Source: Mitosporidium daphniae (lineage: Eukaryota). From it: a stretch of DNA of 39,656 bases. The stretch's first letter is position 1, and every line of letters begins with the position of its first letter. Positions 1 through 12,300 of this stretch are shown here, in pieces. The stretch is from positions 1-39,656 of the forward strand of contig NW_013546423.1 of assembly GCF_000760515.2 (NCBI RefSeq), given 5' to 3'. The notes under the pieces were generated by a model. The model made no database searches. It was not told where the DNA came from and saw only the letters and a list, made by a program, of their open reading frames with translations. The position numbers and the translations under genes were made by a program.

Positions 1-964
1 ATCTCTTAAAGTAAAGAAATGCGATAAACATGAAAGCCAATAAACTCGTAAGGGAACTGAATTTAATAGATGCTGTCAAAATGAAACAAACCAATCGTAT
101 CATTAAGCAAGGTGTCGGTGTGAAATATGATATTCAAAAGCCCCTGAATGAGGTGCTAATCTAAGGCAAAAAATTGAAGCTTATTGGGCCCAAAAGGTCA
201 TCCAAAAGGGTTACACAATCTCATGAGGCTAAAGAGAATAGAACCCAACACCAAAGTTATCATATTGGTCAAAGAAAGATGGCGGATGCTGCTAAAGGAA
301 AAAATCGGAGCTTGATGAACGAATTAAAAAACATCTGAAGGGAAAAGCGATATTAAAGATTCTGTGACGAAATCTAACGACATTCGAAGCGAAAATGAAA
401 CTCCAAAATCGCAGTAAAACCTTTTGGAACACCAAAAATGAGGTTAAAATTTTTTTGAAAACTTTTGAAGTCATCAGGGACTGAAAAGATGCTAAACAAT
501 CCCGCGGATCAAGATCATTCGAGGCAAAGACAAAATAGGGTCTATAAATTAACTGAGGTTGGCAGACCGTGGCCTTAATCAAAAAGTTGTATTTATGTGT
601 GTGATTCTAGGTGAATATTTGAAAGGTATCGCGTTCAAATGCTCCCCAAATTGAGTGCAATTTGTCTGCATATTGGTGTTGGCTGCCTCATCAGGACCTG
701 GTAGCCTATTATGGGCTTTTCACAACGCAATCCAACCCCAGCATGGCTTAACCTAATTAAATTTAAACTGAAATGGTTTTGGGATCAACGGACCCCATAA
801 GATACTTCAACTCAAGCCATATATTGCTTATTTTTCGGCTTGACGCAGAGAAGCATCTGAGATCGCAATGAACAGCTTTAATGTTTTAACCCTTAACGCC
901 AGGCCAATCAACTTTGACACTTTAATGTTCAAATTTATTTCCTCGATTTAATTTTTCACAACTT

Positions 965-3106
965 TTACACATGACCTGCTTCTTGGTTATCTAGCTCTTT
1001 TATAAACAATGAAAGTTGATCGCGAACGGTTTTCTAAAAGTAAATAAAAAAATGTACCAGCTTGATAAAAAGCGATTTGTTAATGTCATTACAAACTCTA
1101 GAATCCTCGCTTTGGTCACAATCCTTTTCAAAATCCTTTGTCGAAATCGATATGTTTTTTCTTGAAATAATACTCCGGAGATTTTGTAACTCGGTGTCAG
1201 ATGATATGTTCAGTGTGCCCTTGATAAGAACAACCAATTCTTCAACAGAGGTAATCGTAGTTTGCGGTGATTCGCTATCATTGCTACCCTCATTTACTTT
1301 GGTAAATCTGCTTTTTGAGGACCCGTCAATACCCCCATCCTGTCTAAGCTTTCTGTCATCATCCTTGCTAAATAGGGTAGATTCTGTCGATGAAGACGAA
1401 GAATTGATCGAATCTGAAGCTTCGTTGTTGCCATATGCTATATTTGAATCGGATAATAGTGTTCTTAGTTCCTCGGTACCAAAAGAATCAGATTCGACTG
1501 GGACAGATTTAACTGAAAAGTTAATGTTTGCCGATGATGTTGGAGACAAAGAACAAGAGGAGGCTGCTGCCTCCAAAATGCTAAATCTTCCCTTTTTAAT
1601 TTCAGAATTTCGTGAAGGAGCTGAGGCTGATGTTTCATCGAAGGATGGATCCGTAGATTCTAGCAAAATATATTCCCTCAATGAAAGTGAACACGGGTGC
1701 GTTAGTGGAATCGGTAAAGAGAGTTGAGAAGAGGGATATGGATTTGGGGCTTGTGCACAGCCATCTCTCCCTATGAGAGACTCTGAATCCGAAAAGTACT
1801 GACCAGAATTGTCGTCATTAGCAAAATCTTCTATTTCAGACCTAAAATCCCAACTCTGGCCTGTAGCCACCTCTCTATCGCTAGAGTTGATCGAAATGTG
1901 GCTTTGGAGAGCCAAATGGTCTTCATCGAGAGCATTTTGAATATCTAAAGTGGTGTATTCCGCATTTTTCCTTTGGCCTGAAGTGTTGCGCTCATTGACT
2001 GAGGGAATGGAGTTGAGAATTTCCGAGGAAAGATACGAATTTTTCTTGGCTAATTTAAAAAAAGAGTGCTTCAACAGCACCTCGGCCGTAGGCCTATTTT
2101 GCGTTAGTATTTGGCTGCCATTGGAATTGAAAAAGTAAATTTTAACGGAAGATACAAACCTTTTTAAGGGATCTTTAACCAGACATGAGTCTATCATGTC
2201 CTTAAACGATTTGGAGTATTTATGCTTGGTCTTTGACCGGTCCAGAGAAGGTGGTTGATTAGTCAGAGTCATGTAGATCACCTATAATAAGGCAAAATAG
2301 GAACCTTCATCGGCGGATATTTAGAAAATGGAGCACTTCCAAGCGCCAATTCCAGTGCTGTAATGCCAAAAGACCAAATGTCTGCTTTCGAATTGTATCC
2401 TTCCGTCTGAAATTAGGAAGCTATTATTGCCAAACCATTTCCATGACCTATGGGATAAGAAGCGCAATAAAACCTCCGGAGCCATCCAGCAAGGAGTACC
2501 CACAAAAGTCTTCCTAATTCCTTGCCTTTCTCCGTCCTCCAAGAAAGAGGACGAAACGCCAAAATCCGCTAGCTTCACAGTTCCGTCATGTTTGTCGATC
2601 AGCAGATTTCCCGCCTTTACATCACGATGGATATGTCCAGATTTGTGCAGATATGCTAATCCCTGAAGAGCCTGCTTGAGGATCGTTGCAATCGCATATT
2701 CCTCAAACCCTGTGGGGAAGTATCCTTTTATGATGTCGAGGCACGAACCGCCAGAAAGGAATGGAGTGACAATCCATAGCTTTGTTTTGTGAACAAACGT
2801 TGTAAGAATGGGAAGCAAGTTTGGATGGCGACATAAGCTCATAACTTGGATTTCTTTCTAGAAAACTTTACATGAAAAAACTGTACCCTCAATTCGTCAA
2901 TTTGATTGCGCTCAAAACGATCCAGGTCAATCATTTTGATGGAGACGATTTTCTGCAAAGGCTTGAACGTGGAAATGTAAACTATTGCCGAAGATCCAAA
3001 ACCTAATGTTGGGATTTCAATACCAGGTACCTATTGCATCCCCGATCTCATAATCTTCTGGCAAAATCGATAGGGTCGGATAGTCGTCGGATGGCACTGG
3101 GGACAT
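965..3106 (-). CDS. STE20-family Ser/Thr kinase, OSR1/SPAK (Fray)-like, 7 introns
   Basis: Spliced reading gives MSPVPSDD...[55 protein letters not shown] and a Ser-rich tail ending ...QEAGHV-TAA. GT-AG introns at 3003-3030, 2858-2886, 2448-2473, 2407-2435, 2282-2304, 2094-2159 and 1034-1057. Confidence 0.92.
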
Positions 3107-3109
3107 TTT

Positions 3110-3186
3110 TTGAATTTTGCTTGAATTTTGGTTGAATTTTATTTGAATTTTGCTCGAGTTTTACTTGGACTTGATTCGAGTTTAGC
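3110..3186. repeat. Seven tandem 11-bp units (consensus TTGAATTTTGC) filling a divergent promoter
   Basis: Units: ttgaattttgc, ttgaattttgg, ttgaattttat, ttgaattttgc, tcgagttttac, ttggacttgat, tcgagtttagc. They lie between the kinase ATG (3106, -) and the esterase ATG (3215, +). Confidence 0.9.
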
Positions 3187-3214
3187 GAAATTTAATATCA
3201 CTTAAATTGCTGGA

Positions 3215-5390
3215 ATGCTAAAGCTCGGAATCTTCCTGTCCTTGTTGTTATGCTATCTTTTCAGCTCGTATATGCCCAAATTACATTTTTTCCATGCGTT
3301 TTCAAAAGTCTCATGTGGGAAATACGGAGATATTTTCGGCATTACTAGTGAAGAAAGAGTCGACATCTTTTTCGGGTACGGCACTTTTATTAATATAGAA
3401 TACCGTATGCACATCCACCGGTCGGGTCCAGGCGTTGGATGCCTCCAGACACTAAAGGTAGATTTCCATAATCTCATGTCAACAGGAAGCTTTTGGGATC
3501 CAGGTATCGATTTCCTGGCTACAAAAATCCCACCTGCATGCCCCCAGCTATTTGATCCCATCAATTCTTTCACAGAGGATTGCCTTTATTTAAACGTCTT
3601 TCGACCCAGTGCCATGCCACCAAAAAACCTGCTTCCTGTAATGATTTGGATTTATGGCGGGGCCTTCTTGATCGGTAATTCCTGGCAGTTTGGTTTGTAC
3701 GATGCGAGAAACATCGTCAAACATCGAAGAGCAATCGTGGTCTCTTTTAATTATCGTCTCGGCTCTTTGGGATTTTTGGTATTAAATTAGCATCCGCTGA
3801 TCATCAGTACACCTCTGGAAATAGCGTTTCTCCCAATTTGGGGATTCTAGACCAAATTGCAGCCATAAACTGGGTAAAGGCAAATATTATCAAGTAATTC
3901 TGAATATGCTAATGCAAAAGTTTTGGCGGCGATCCAGACAATATAACTCTTATTGGAGAAAGTGCCGGTGCAATGTCGATTGGGGTATTTTCTACATAAG
4001 CTTGTCTTTTTTTATAGCTTCTGGTTTCCAGCAAAAATGCAGACATAAAAAACCTTTTTCAAAAAGCCATCATAATGAGCAATCCATTTGCAGCGCACTA
4101 TAAAAGCCTATCTGAGGCTGCAGTTTTTGGAGACTTGCTGTGTAAAGGTAACCCCAGCCTAAATGGTTATCATTAGAACTCGACTGTGCCCCAAATGACC
4201 TAGCCTGTTTACAGAAGCAGCCAATCACGGCAATTTTATATCATCAATCCAAGATAATGTCAAAGGTCCATTTAAATTCTCGTATTTTTGGAGATCTGTT
4301 GATAGTAACAACTCATGTCCATGACATACTAGTGGGGACCGGTTATTGACAACCTTTTGTTTACTGGCCAGCCCATGGAGTTGCTTTCAAAGTCTCCAGT
4401 ATCGATTCCATTGATAATCGGCGTCACACGGTGGGTTTTACAGATAATTTTTATTTTTCTTACCTTTAGTGATGAGGCCTTTTTTACGGAGGCGTTTATC
4501 TTTCCAATTTTAAAGGCTCTTCCAATGCTAAGAGAGGTATTCGTTCAAGATGGATATATCCAACTGATGAACCGTGTGTTCCAAGAGCATGCCAATGTAG
4601 TGTTGCAGAAATATCCCTCTTCCGATGACTGGAATGATAATTTCCAAACTTTGTTACGTATCATATCGGATTGTGGATTCTTTTGTGCATCTTTAAAGGT
4701 ATAAACTGTGGTTTCATCCTCAAAAGGTCTCAAAGTCGCTCGCTTTTGTTAACTCAAGCATCTATTTTTATGAGCTTGCACAGCCAGGTCGATATTTGAA
4801 CTTTGGTAAGTTTAGCACTCTTATGTAAAGGGCCCTGCAGTGAAGGCAAAAGTTGCCATTTTTTTGATGTTCCATATTTTTTCCATACCATCCCAAATGT
4901 AGCTACGCGAATGATCACTTTAGAGGCTTCCATGGGACTGGGCGACCTCCTTGTCTCATTTTCCACGAGAGTATTTTCTTTTTTAACAAGTAGAAATTCT
5001 GAGAGCAAATGGTTTACAAATCCCTTTGATAGGATGGTAATCGTCAGGGACGCTTATATTGTTAGTTTAAATTCAGAAAATCAGAAGCAGACCTCAGTTT
5101 GTTCATAATGTCGAAATTTCTTTCTTTCGCAAATGGTATGTATTTGGACCAGGTAAAGTTCATAACCTTAGGAGACATTAATGATGGGGTCTATCTTCCC
5201 GGGTCAAGATTCAAAATGAATTGGCAGCCATTTATTTATTCGTTCAATAATTCCAGAGCCCAATTTGGCCCAGTCATGCACCTTGACGAGGGAAAAGTTG
5301 GGCACCATCAGGCTTCCTTTGATCACTTTTGCGACTTTTGGGTATACTTCCTTTGCTCGATTTTAGGATTTTACCGGGTACGAATTTTAG
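3215..5390 (+). CDS. Type-B carboxylesterase/lipase (alpha/beta hydrolase) with predicted signal peptide, ~15 micro-introns
   Basis: Hydrophobic N-terminus. After splicing: GIPYAHPPVG, EDCLYLNV, WIYGGAF, NYRLGSLGFL, DQIAAINWV, FGGDPDNITLIGESAG (catalytic Ser), candidate Glu in RDEAFF, His in CHFFDVPY, C-terminal CDFWDFTGYEF-TAG (last intron 5342-5366). Confidence 0.92.
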
Positions 5391-5434
5391 AAAATCCCCG
5401 CAATTAAATTTTAATAAATTCTTTCTCTTGCTTT

Positions 5435-5762
5435 ATGGCGTCATTTCGGTTGTCATCGCCGTATTGTGCCTTTCGGTTTTATGTCCGAGTTGCAGAGGCA
5501 ATTTTGATGACAAATGTAGAAAATCTTGGAAATAAAGGTGCATAATTGCTTTGTTGTAACTGTAGGGGACATCGTTAGGGTTCCAGCAAGCATCATGAGG
5601 CATCGCTTGCACCCTCAAAGGAAAGCATCTTATGCTACGGAGGAAAATATCAAATCCATTTTCCTTCCTCTTGCCAGAACAGGAGTTCCAGTAAAGGTTT
5701 TTGGAATCCCAATAGTTCACTCGGCACTAGTTTTGGAACAGGAAAAAAGTAGATCAGAGTAA
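5435..5762 (+). CDS. bL9m: Mitochondrial ribosomal protein bL9m (L9 N-terminal domain)
   Basis: ATG 5435: MASFRLSSPYCAFRFYVRV (Arg/Ser-rich, no acidic residues, presequence-like). Then EAILMTNVENLGNK|GDIVRVPASIMRHRLHPQRKASYATEENIK across a 28-nt intron (5538-5565), matching the L9 pattern vILl.dV..LG..GdvV.Vk.gy.RN.L.P...A..At. The exact 3' end is less certain. Confidence 0.8.
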
Positions 5763-5786
5763 TCCAATAAAATATATGTTTATTGT

Positions 5787-6412
5787 TTAGATAACAGCGC
5801 CAGCTGCAGATGCAATCTTTGGCCAAAGATCAGCGGCTTCCTTGGCGACTGGACCAGTGATTGCAGATCCTTTCATTTCTCCCTTGGGATTGACAATAAC
5901 ACCGGCATTATCTTCGAAATAAATAAACACACCATCGCGTCTTCTGAAGTGCTTTCGTTGACGGATAACAACAGCCTGCAATACTAGAAGAAAGAAAATG
6001 TAAGAACCATGAAAATAAAACAAAATTAAATTAAAAGGAGATCATGATGATCATATGTTGAGCCAAAGTAGGTACCTTTTTTTCTGAGTTCAGGTTTTCC
6101 TTTCTTGACGGTGCACATAAACATATCACCAAGGCCTGCAGAGGGAAGGCGATTAAGACGACCCTTGATTCCTTTGACTGAGATGAGGTACAGGTTTTTA
6201 GCACCAGAATTATCTGCGCAATTGATTGTGGCACCAACGGGAAGAGCAAGTGTTACACGGAATTTACCGCCAGATTGTCCGGTCGCTAAAGGTAAGGAAC
6301 AAATATCAAGAAACAAAGGCAATCAGGGCTTAAGTGAGCAGAAAAAGCCATCCCATTAAATGGATGAAAACAGGTAGAAATGGTGAAATGAATCAATACC
6401 TCTCTTGGCCAT
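5787..6412 (-). CDS. RPL23: 60S ribosomal protein L23 (uL14), 2 introns
   Basis: [37 protein letters not shown]...[21 protein letters not shown]...[27 protein letters not shown]. Introns at 6286-6399 (114 nt) and 5984-6075 (92 nt). Confidence 0.97.
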
Positions 6413-6465
6413 TGAAATTTAAAATATTGAAAATTTTAATTTTAATACATAAATTTAATGAATTG

Positions 6466-8146
6466 TTAAACCGGCCGTTTTCGCAAAATGGTATGTCGGG
6501 CTTTTCTTACGGAACCCCCTTGGATCGTTATATGGTCGTTGAAAAGCGTTGGAGCGGATTTTGTGAATGCCTAATGATGTATGATTATATGCATGGAACT
6601 TACATCACAGTATTCTTTTGGATGAATGTTCAGCTTGGACCGAGAAATTGAATTCAACCTTTGTGTTACGATATCTACAAAAATTGTTGGAATTACGAGA
6701 TGAAATCGTTGATTTTCGACATCGACCGCCCTAATAAAGCCTACAGACAAGTTTTAAAACATCAACCAACCTAAACTGAGCAGAACTAATCTATCGAAAA
6801 GCCCCACGACGGTACAATTGAAAGAAGGCGCTTTTGAAGGCTCCATCATTTTGAGACGGGAAAAGGGAACGCTTAGTGGAGTCATACAGAATACCGGCGA
6901 AAATTTGTCTCTACCGAGATTAAAATACGAGAGCAAGATCAGAGATCTCAGTTCTTTTGGAGCGTATTTCGAAATTTGGCTATCATTAAAAGCTGATATG
7001 TCAATACCTGCCTGCTGCGATTGAGATAGCTGAAGTTGGCAGAATTGTCGGCAAAATGGGCACAGAGGAAATCGAGAAATTGGTGCGAAATCGAGGCGGT
7101 TCACACAATGTAGAGGATAGCTTTTGCACAGCTTCCTTCACCAGCGTGCTAGATGAAAGGTCTTCCGCACTTGTGACGCTTTCCATCAACGGGATTATCG
7201 TTGATGGTCGGACCAAGTTAATTGTGCACTTGAATAACTCCAGACCGAGGCCGGTGGTCCACCCCATAGTATTAACAAATACAGGCAGTCCCTTTGGTGC
7301 TTTTTTGTGTAAAAAATTGCACAGCCTCTCGACTGCGTGAAGATAGCCCTTTGGATTTTCTGCAATAGAAATGACACCCACATACTCTTGATGAATGTGA
7401 GAGCATTGAGTGGCAAACGATGGTCCAAGGATAAATTTGTCGATGTGAAAAAGAGATACTGTGGCCGGTGGTCCAAGCTCGGCTTGGCCACAGTCAAGAT
7501 TCATAAGTAAAACACCAGATGCACGTGGGGTCGAGCAAGCGTTTACTTGATGTTGCGACAAAGACGAGTTTATCAAATATTTGAGAAATGTAGATTTTCC
7601 GCTTCCTTTGGATCCAAACACAACGACAGAAAGCGGATTAAGAGATCCAAGGTAGCCAGAAAGATCTTTCCAAAGAGGCATGGGAGAAAGATAAGAAAAT
7701 CCAGTATTGATAGACTCTTCAGATAAGGAGATCGCGTGCAGTCCTTCAAAGATCGAATAGATTTCCGAACATTTGCTTTTGAGCGTTGAAAGGAACCCAC
7801 CATCTCCCCAAATATCTTTCAGGTCCAAAAAAGACGTCAATTGTCTCCACTTAATATTTCCCTCACACAAGCTAATCAAGCAAGATGATGCGATGGGTGC
7901 TGAAAAGACCATCAGCGAATAGCATTCTGGAGAAAAAAAGGTGATTTTTCCGTGAGAAGCATTAATACGAGCACCAAAACATTCGACATCTCCGCTTTTG
8001 ACGGTGATGTACCCATATCCAACAATTGCAATAGCTTGTCCGGGCTCAAGAAAAATTTGACATTCCTGGGAGGATCCTACCTCTGTGATTATTGGCGTGA
8101 TTGGCTTGTAAACGCCAAGGGAGGCTGCCAAAACAGCAGAGGCCAT
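6466..8146 (-). CDS. GRC3: Polynucleotide 5'-hydroxyl kinase Grc3/NOL9 (Clp1 family), 3 introns
   Basis: Walker A GSKGSGKST, DCGQAE and NTMGW motifs. The C-terminal domain continues after short introns: ELRSLILLSYF, LG|FIRAVD, ending RKARHTILRKRPV-TAA at 6466. Confidence 0.88.
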
Positions 8147-8187
8147 TAGGGTAATGTATTAAATTTTTATTTTTACTTTGCATACAA

Positions 8188-9240
8188 ATGGATAGTTCAG
8201 GTACAAAGGGCCCTTTTCTCTCTTTTGATAGGTAGTTCCGAGGTACTTGATCGGCTGATCGTCATTTAACTATAGTATGAGGAGGGATCAGAACGGATTG
8301 ACAATACAGAATTTACCGGAAATGCAAGCCCAAAGTCGCAAAGGCAACATCCCAGCCACAAAAAAGGCTCCAGCCATAAGAAGAACAGTAGCCCTGCTGA
8401 TCCAGACAGCTCGTCTTCAGAATCGCCAGCGATTGCAGAAGTTAGGCGTGATTTTGATGAAGCTCTTCGTCGAGCCGTTCCATCGAGGGGACGCAAACGG
8501 GGCCTTGACGAGGAAACAGAGCTAGATAGCCAGGCTGCACATCTTATCGATCGCATGCAAACGGCTGCTTCGCAAGACTCTTATTGCATTTCAAACCAAA
8601 AGGTGGCTACACAAAAAATTTCAATTCTGCCTGAAGTGTTGGAAAAGCTATCAAGGTTTTATCGTTTATTGATTTCCAATCATAGGCGTGACCTGATCGA
8701 TTATCTTTTGGACAATCGGATTTTGGATGCAATAAGGCTGTGGCTTGAGCCATATCCGGATGGGTCCTTACCAAGTATCGATGTTCGGAAAAGCATTTTG
8801 CACATCCTCGCGCAAGTAAATACAATGCTTTCATAGCTTGACTTAGCTGCCTATAGAAAAAATCCATTTGAAAGAAAGTGGCCTGGGAAAGGTTGTCATG
8901 TATCTTTACAAATCGCCAGACGAGACCAGGGAGAACAAGAAGCTTGCATATAAGCTCATTGGTAATTTTCGAGTGTTTTTTTCCAAGATAAATGGAGTCG
9001 GCCTATAATAGGACATTCTCTGAACTACAAGGATCTATCAAGGGTCATGAGCGCGCCTTCTCAAAGAGACTTGTCGGACTCTCGCCTTCATTTTATTGTT
9101 CCGCAATCTAAGGAGGTATTTTCATGCAGGCTTAGATAATTTAGATTGACCAGTCCGGAGCATATTCAAAGCAGTCCCACCCGTATAAAAGCCTGTTGGT
9201 TAACATGGAAAAGCTGAAGCAAAAGACATCCAGGAAATAA
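8188..9240 (+). CDS. IWS1: Transcription elongation factor IWS1/Spn1 (TFIIS N-terminal domain), 5 introns
   Basis: WLEPYPDGSLPSIDVR, HLKESGLGKVVMYLYK and KLI|DKWSRPII motifs. ATG 8188, with an 11-nt second exon (8232-8242). Confidence 0.9.
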
Positions 9241-9323
9241 ATTCAAATGATGGGCCGTTAAAATACATTCTCGAAATGCAGTTTAAATTTTAGGCGCCAT
9301 TAAATTTTACAATTCCGATAGGC

Positions 9324-12300
9324 ATGGCTTTGTCCTCACCGACTGATATCGCTTCTCATTCCAGAAACGACGATTCGGCTTTCAAACACTATCTGATGCA
9401 CTCCTCAATAGATTCGGTCGACCCCAAAAATGGTACGTCACCTTTCCATCTTTAATTACCTTTTTGTATGTTATCACGCGTTTGCCCCCTTTGGTCCATT
9501 ACATTTTCTTACCAAAGATCTGATCCCAAATTCAATTCTTATGGACGACCTTGCCAAAATGCAAGGTTGCCATAAACTTGCCCAGCTATCACCGATGGCT
9601 GCTCTCTTTATTCATCGTTATCTAACTAATATTTTAGACAACGATGGAGATAAAGCCAAGCCAGAAAACTATGCTCTCGACGCAGAAGCGTTGGAGGTGC
9701 CTTTGAGGCTTATCTCAAAAGATGTCAATTTGCTGATATCGACATACAATTCTCTGAGGGCTGCATATTCAGCTCTTAAGGAAAAATTTGAAACCCAACA
9801 AAAGCAATCGCAATTAAGCCTTGCCATTGAAAGCTCTTCGGCATACAAGGAAGAATCATTGAAAGCATGGGAAGAAGCATTGCAAAATCTCCAAGATGAA
9901 TGGATCAAATTGCAAAACAAAGTCGACCAGGCATCTTGGAGCCTATTTGTCCTCTCCCAAAGAAAAGAGCTTTCTTCACGTGTCGACCACGTAAACCAAC
10001 ATCAAGCACCGGCTGCCGATTTTTCTGCAGCCCATTCGCATCAAGATTCGATCGAATTCGAAGACATGAGGCCTAATTTAGAACCAGAAAATCGGAGACT
10101 TATGGCTGAATTGGAGAAAAAAGAAATCGAAGACATGAGAGTTTCCGCTCAACTGGAAAGATCTGAAAGGGAGCGAGCGTTTGAAGAAGAATTGAGGTTG
10201 AAAAGAGAACATTTTGAGTCTGAAATGAGAATTAAACACCAAAATTTTACCGCTCAAACGGAGCGACAGGAGAGTGCACCAGACACTAGCGAATTACAAA
10301 AGTTGATCCTCGAAAACGAAGAAAAAATATGCCTTCTTGAGCAACAAGTCCGAGAACTCGAAATGCAGCTCTCATTTGGTGCACAATCAAGTGATCCACA
10401 GCGTTCGAAAGAAGAACAGCATTTGCTCGATTCAAAGCTGAGACAGTTAGAACTCGAGGTTGAAGATAAAAGAAGAAATCTTGAATGGGAATATCAAGAC
10501 AAAAAGTCAGCATTGGAAAGTGAAATGGAATCTAAGCGCAAAGACCTAGAACATATTTTCGAAACGAGGAACAATATTCTGGAGAGCTCGTTTAATGTGA
10601 AGGCTACCGATCTTGAGCTAGAAGTGAAGTCGATGAAACAATATCTTCAATCGGAATTTGATAGTTTAAAGGACCATCTTCATGCTGATTTTGAAGCTAA
10701 AAAGTCTTCTTTGCTAACTGCCCAACATGACATCTCATCTGTTACTCAACACTATGAAAGCCAGCTGCTGGAAAAAGATGAAAGAATCAACAAACTCCAG
10801 GAACACTTGGCAATTGTTGCTCAAAACGCCGATTATATAAATAATATAGAGCTGAAGGATAGCGAGCTTAACGCATTATCGCTACAACTTGAAGACTTTG
10901 AACAGCAACTTCTTCAAAGGGAGGTTCTTCTTAATCGCATGGAAAAGGAAAAAATAGACGCGCTCAATTCAAGAGAATCTGTTCTAGCAAGTATGGAAGC
11001 AGCACTTTTGATACGCACAAAAGAAGAGGAGGCCAACATAATAGGTAGATCTACAGCACAATCAGCGGCCTCCGAAGACTTGAGAAGGAAGAAAGCAACC
11101 ATTGATGCGGATCGCGCATCTTTAGAGGCCGATAAAGAGGCGTTAGCTTCGCTCGCATCTCTTTTGGAAGAAAGAAAGTCTGCCATTGAGGCGTCATTAT
11201 TGGCACAGTCGGAATCGATTGAGGCGGAGAGGTCTAAGCTCGTTGCCGAAAAGTCTTTATTTGAAAGCCAAAAACAGCGCCTGCCTCATTGTAGCGAGAA
11301 GCAGGAATCTTTGCCACAAGAAAAAGTGGAGCTCTTCAAATTAGCTCTCGCGCAATTTGAGCAAGAAAAGCAAAGCTTGTTAAAATCCAAAGCACTGGCC
11401 GAGGGAGATAACGATGAAAGTTTTATATTCCAAGATCAGGTAATGCAGAGATCGCCTGCGCCTCTGAAAAGGGGGAACAAAAGCCACCTATTGGGCTCTC
11501 CCCTTAAACCAAGAAACCTTACCAGCCCACTTCGTCCGTTCAGAAGTCCTGGGTTTAGCCACAGACGCACCAGTGTGCTTTCCCAAAGCTTCCGAAGGAT
11601 GTTGTCAAAGCTCGCATCGACTTCGGAAAAGCAAGCTGAAATTTCGCTTCCCTTGCTGGCCGTTTCAGAACAACCCAGTGAGCCAAAATCAAATGAGGAA
11701 TCATGCAACATTTCGCAACACAAAGAAAGCACTTCAAGCTTGCCCAATTCGTTTGACACGGCGTCTGATCTCTCTAGCTTATCTTATGCTGAGGTCCCGG
11801 GACACCAAGAGACAGATTCTTTCACCGAAGAAAAAGAAGATTTGGAAAACGAATCTACACCAACAGGGGTGAGCTCGGGAAGGGGCAAGTTCACCTTTAT
11901 TCGGCATTTGAAGTCCTTTCAACGCTGGAAGGGCTTCGCATCGCAACTAGAAAAAAACATCTCTGCAATATGTTCACATCTGAAGGCGGAGCATGAGAAA
12001 ATAGACGTGCTAACCAAGGCTCTACAAAAGGCAGAAGAAGACAGGATATTTGCTCAGAACACGGGCAAACAATTACTTGACCAATCAAACATGCAAAATG
12101 AAAGCCTAAAGAAAGAGAGCCAATTTGCCATTGACCAGTTGAAATCTCAATTGGCATCAAGCGAAGAGAGCTACCGCCGTCTGCTTGGCGAATTTAATGC
12201 GCTTAAAGACGGCTTTCTTGCGTTGGAGGAAAAATCACACAAGATGGTGAAGGACAAACAAGAGCTTTCAAACGGCGTCTTGCTATTAGAAGAGTGTTCT

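Noticed and set aside
670..730. Hammerhead-like CTGATGAG and GAAA, and an SRP helix-8-like CAGGTC...GCAGCC, on the - strand
   Set aside because: Stems I and II cannot form in the required register, and there is no GNRA loop or other SRP context.
5329..5535. ORF resembling a transmembrane tail for the carboxylesterase
   Set aside because: The esterase ends at CDFWDFTGYEF-TAG (5390). This ORF is an off-frame reading of bL9m exon 1.
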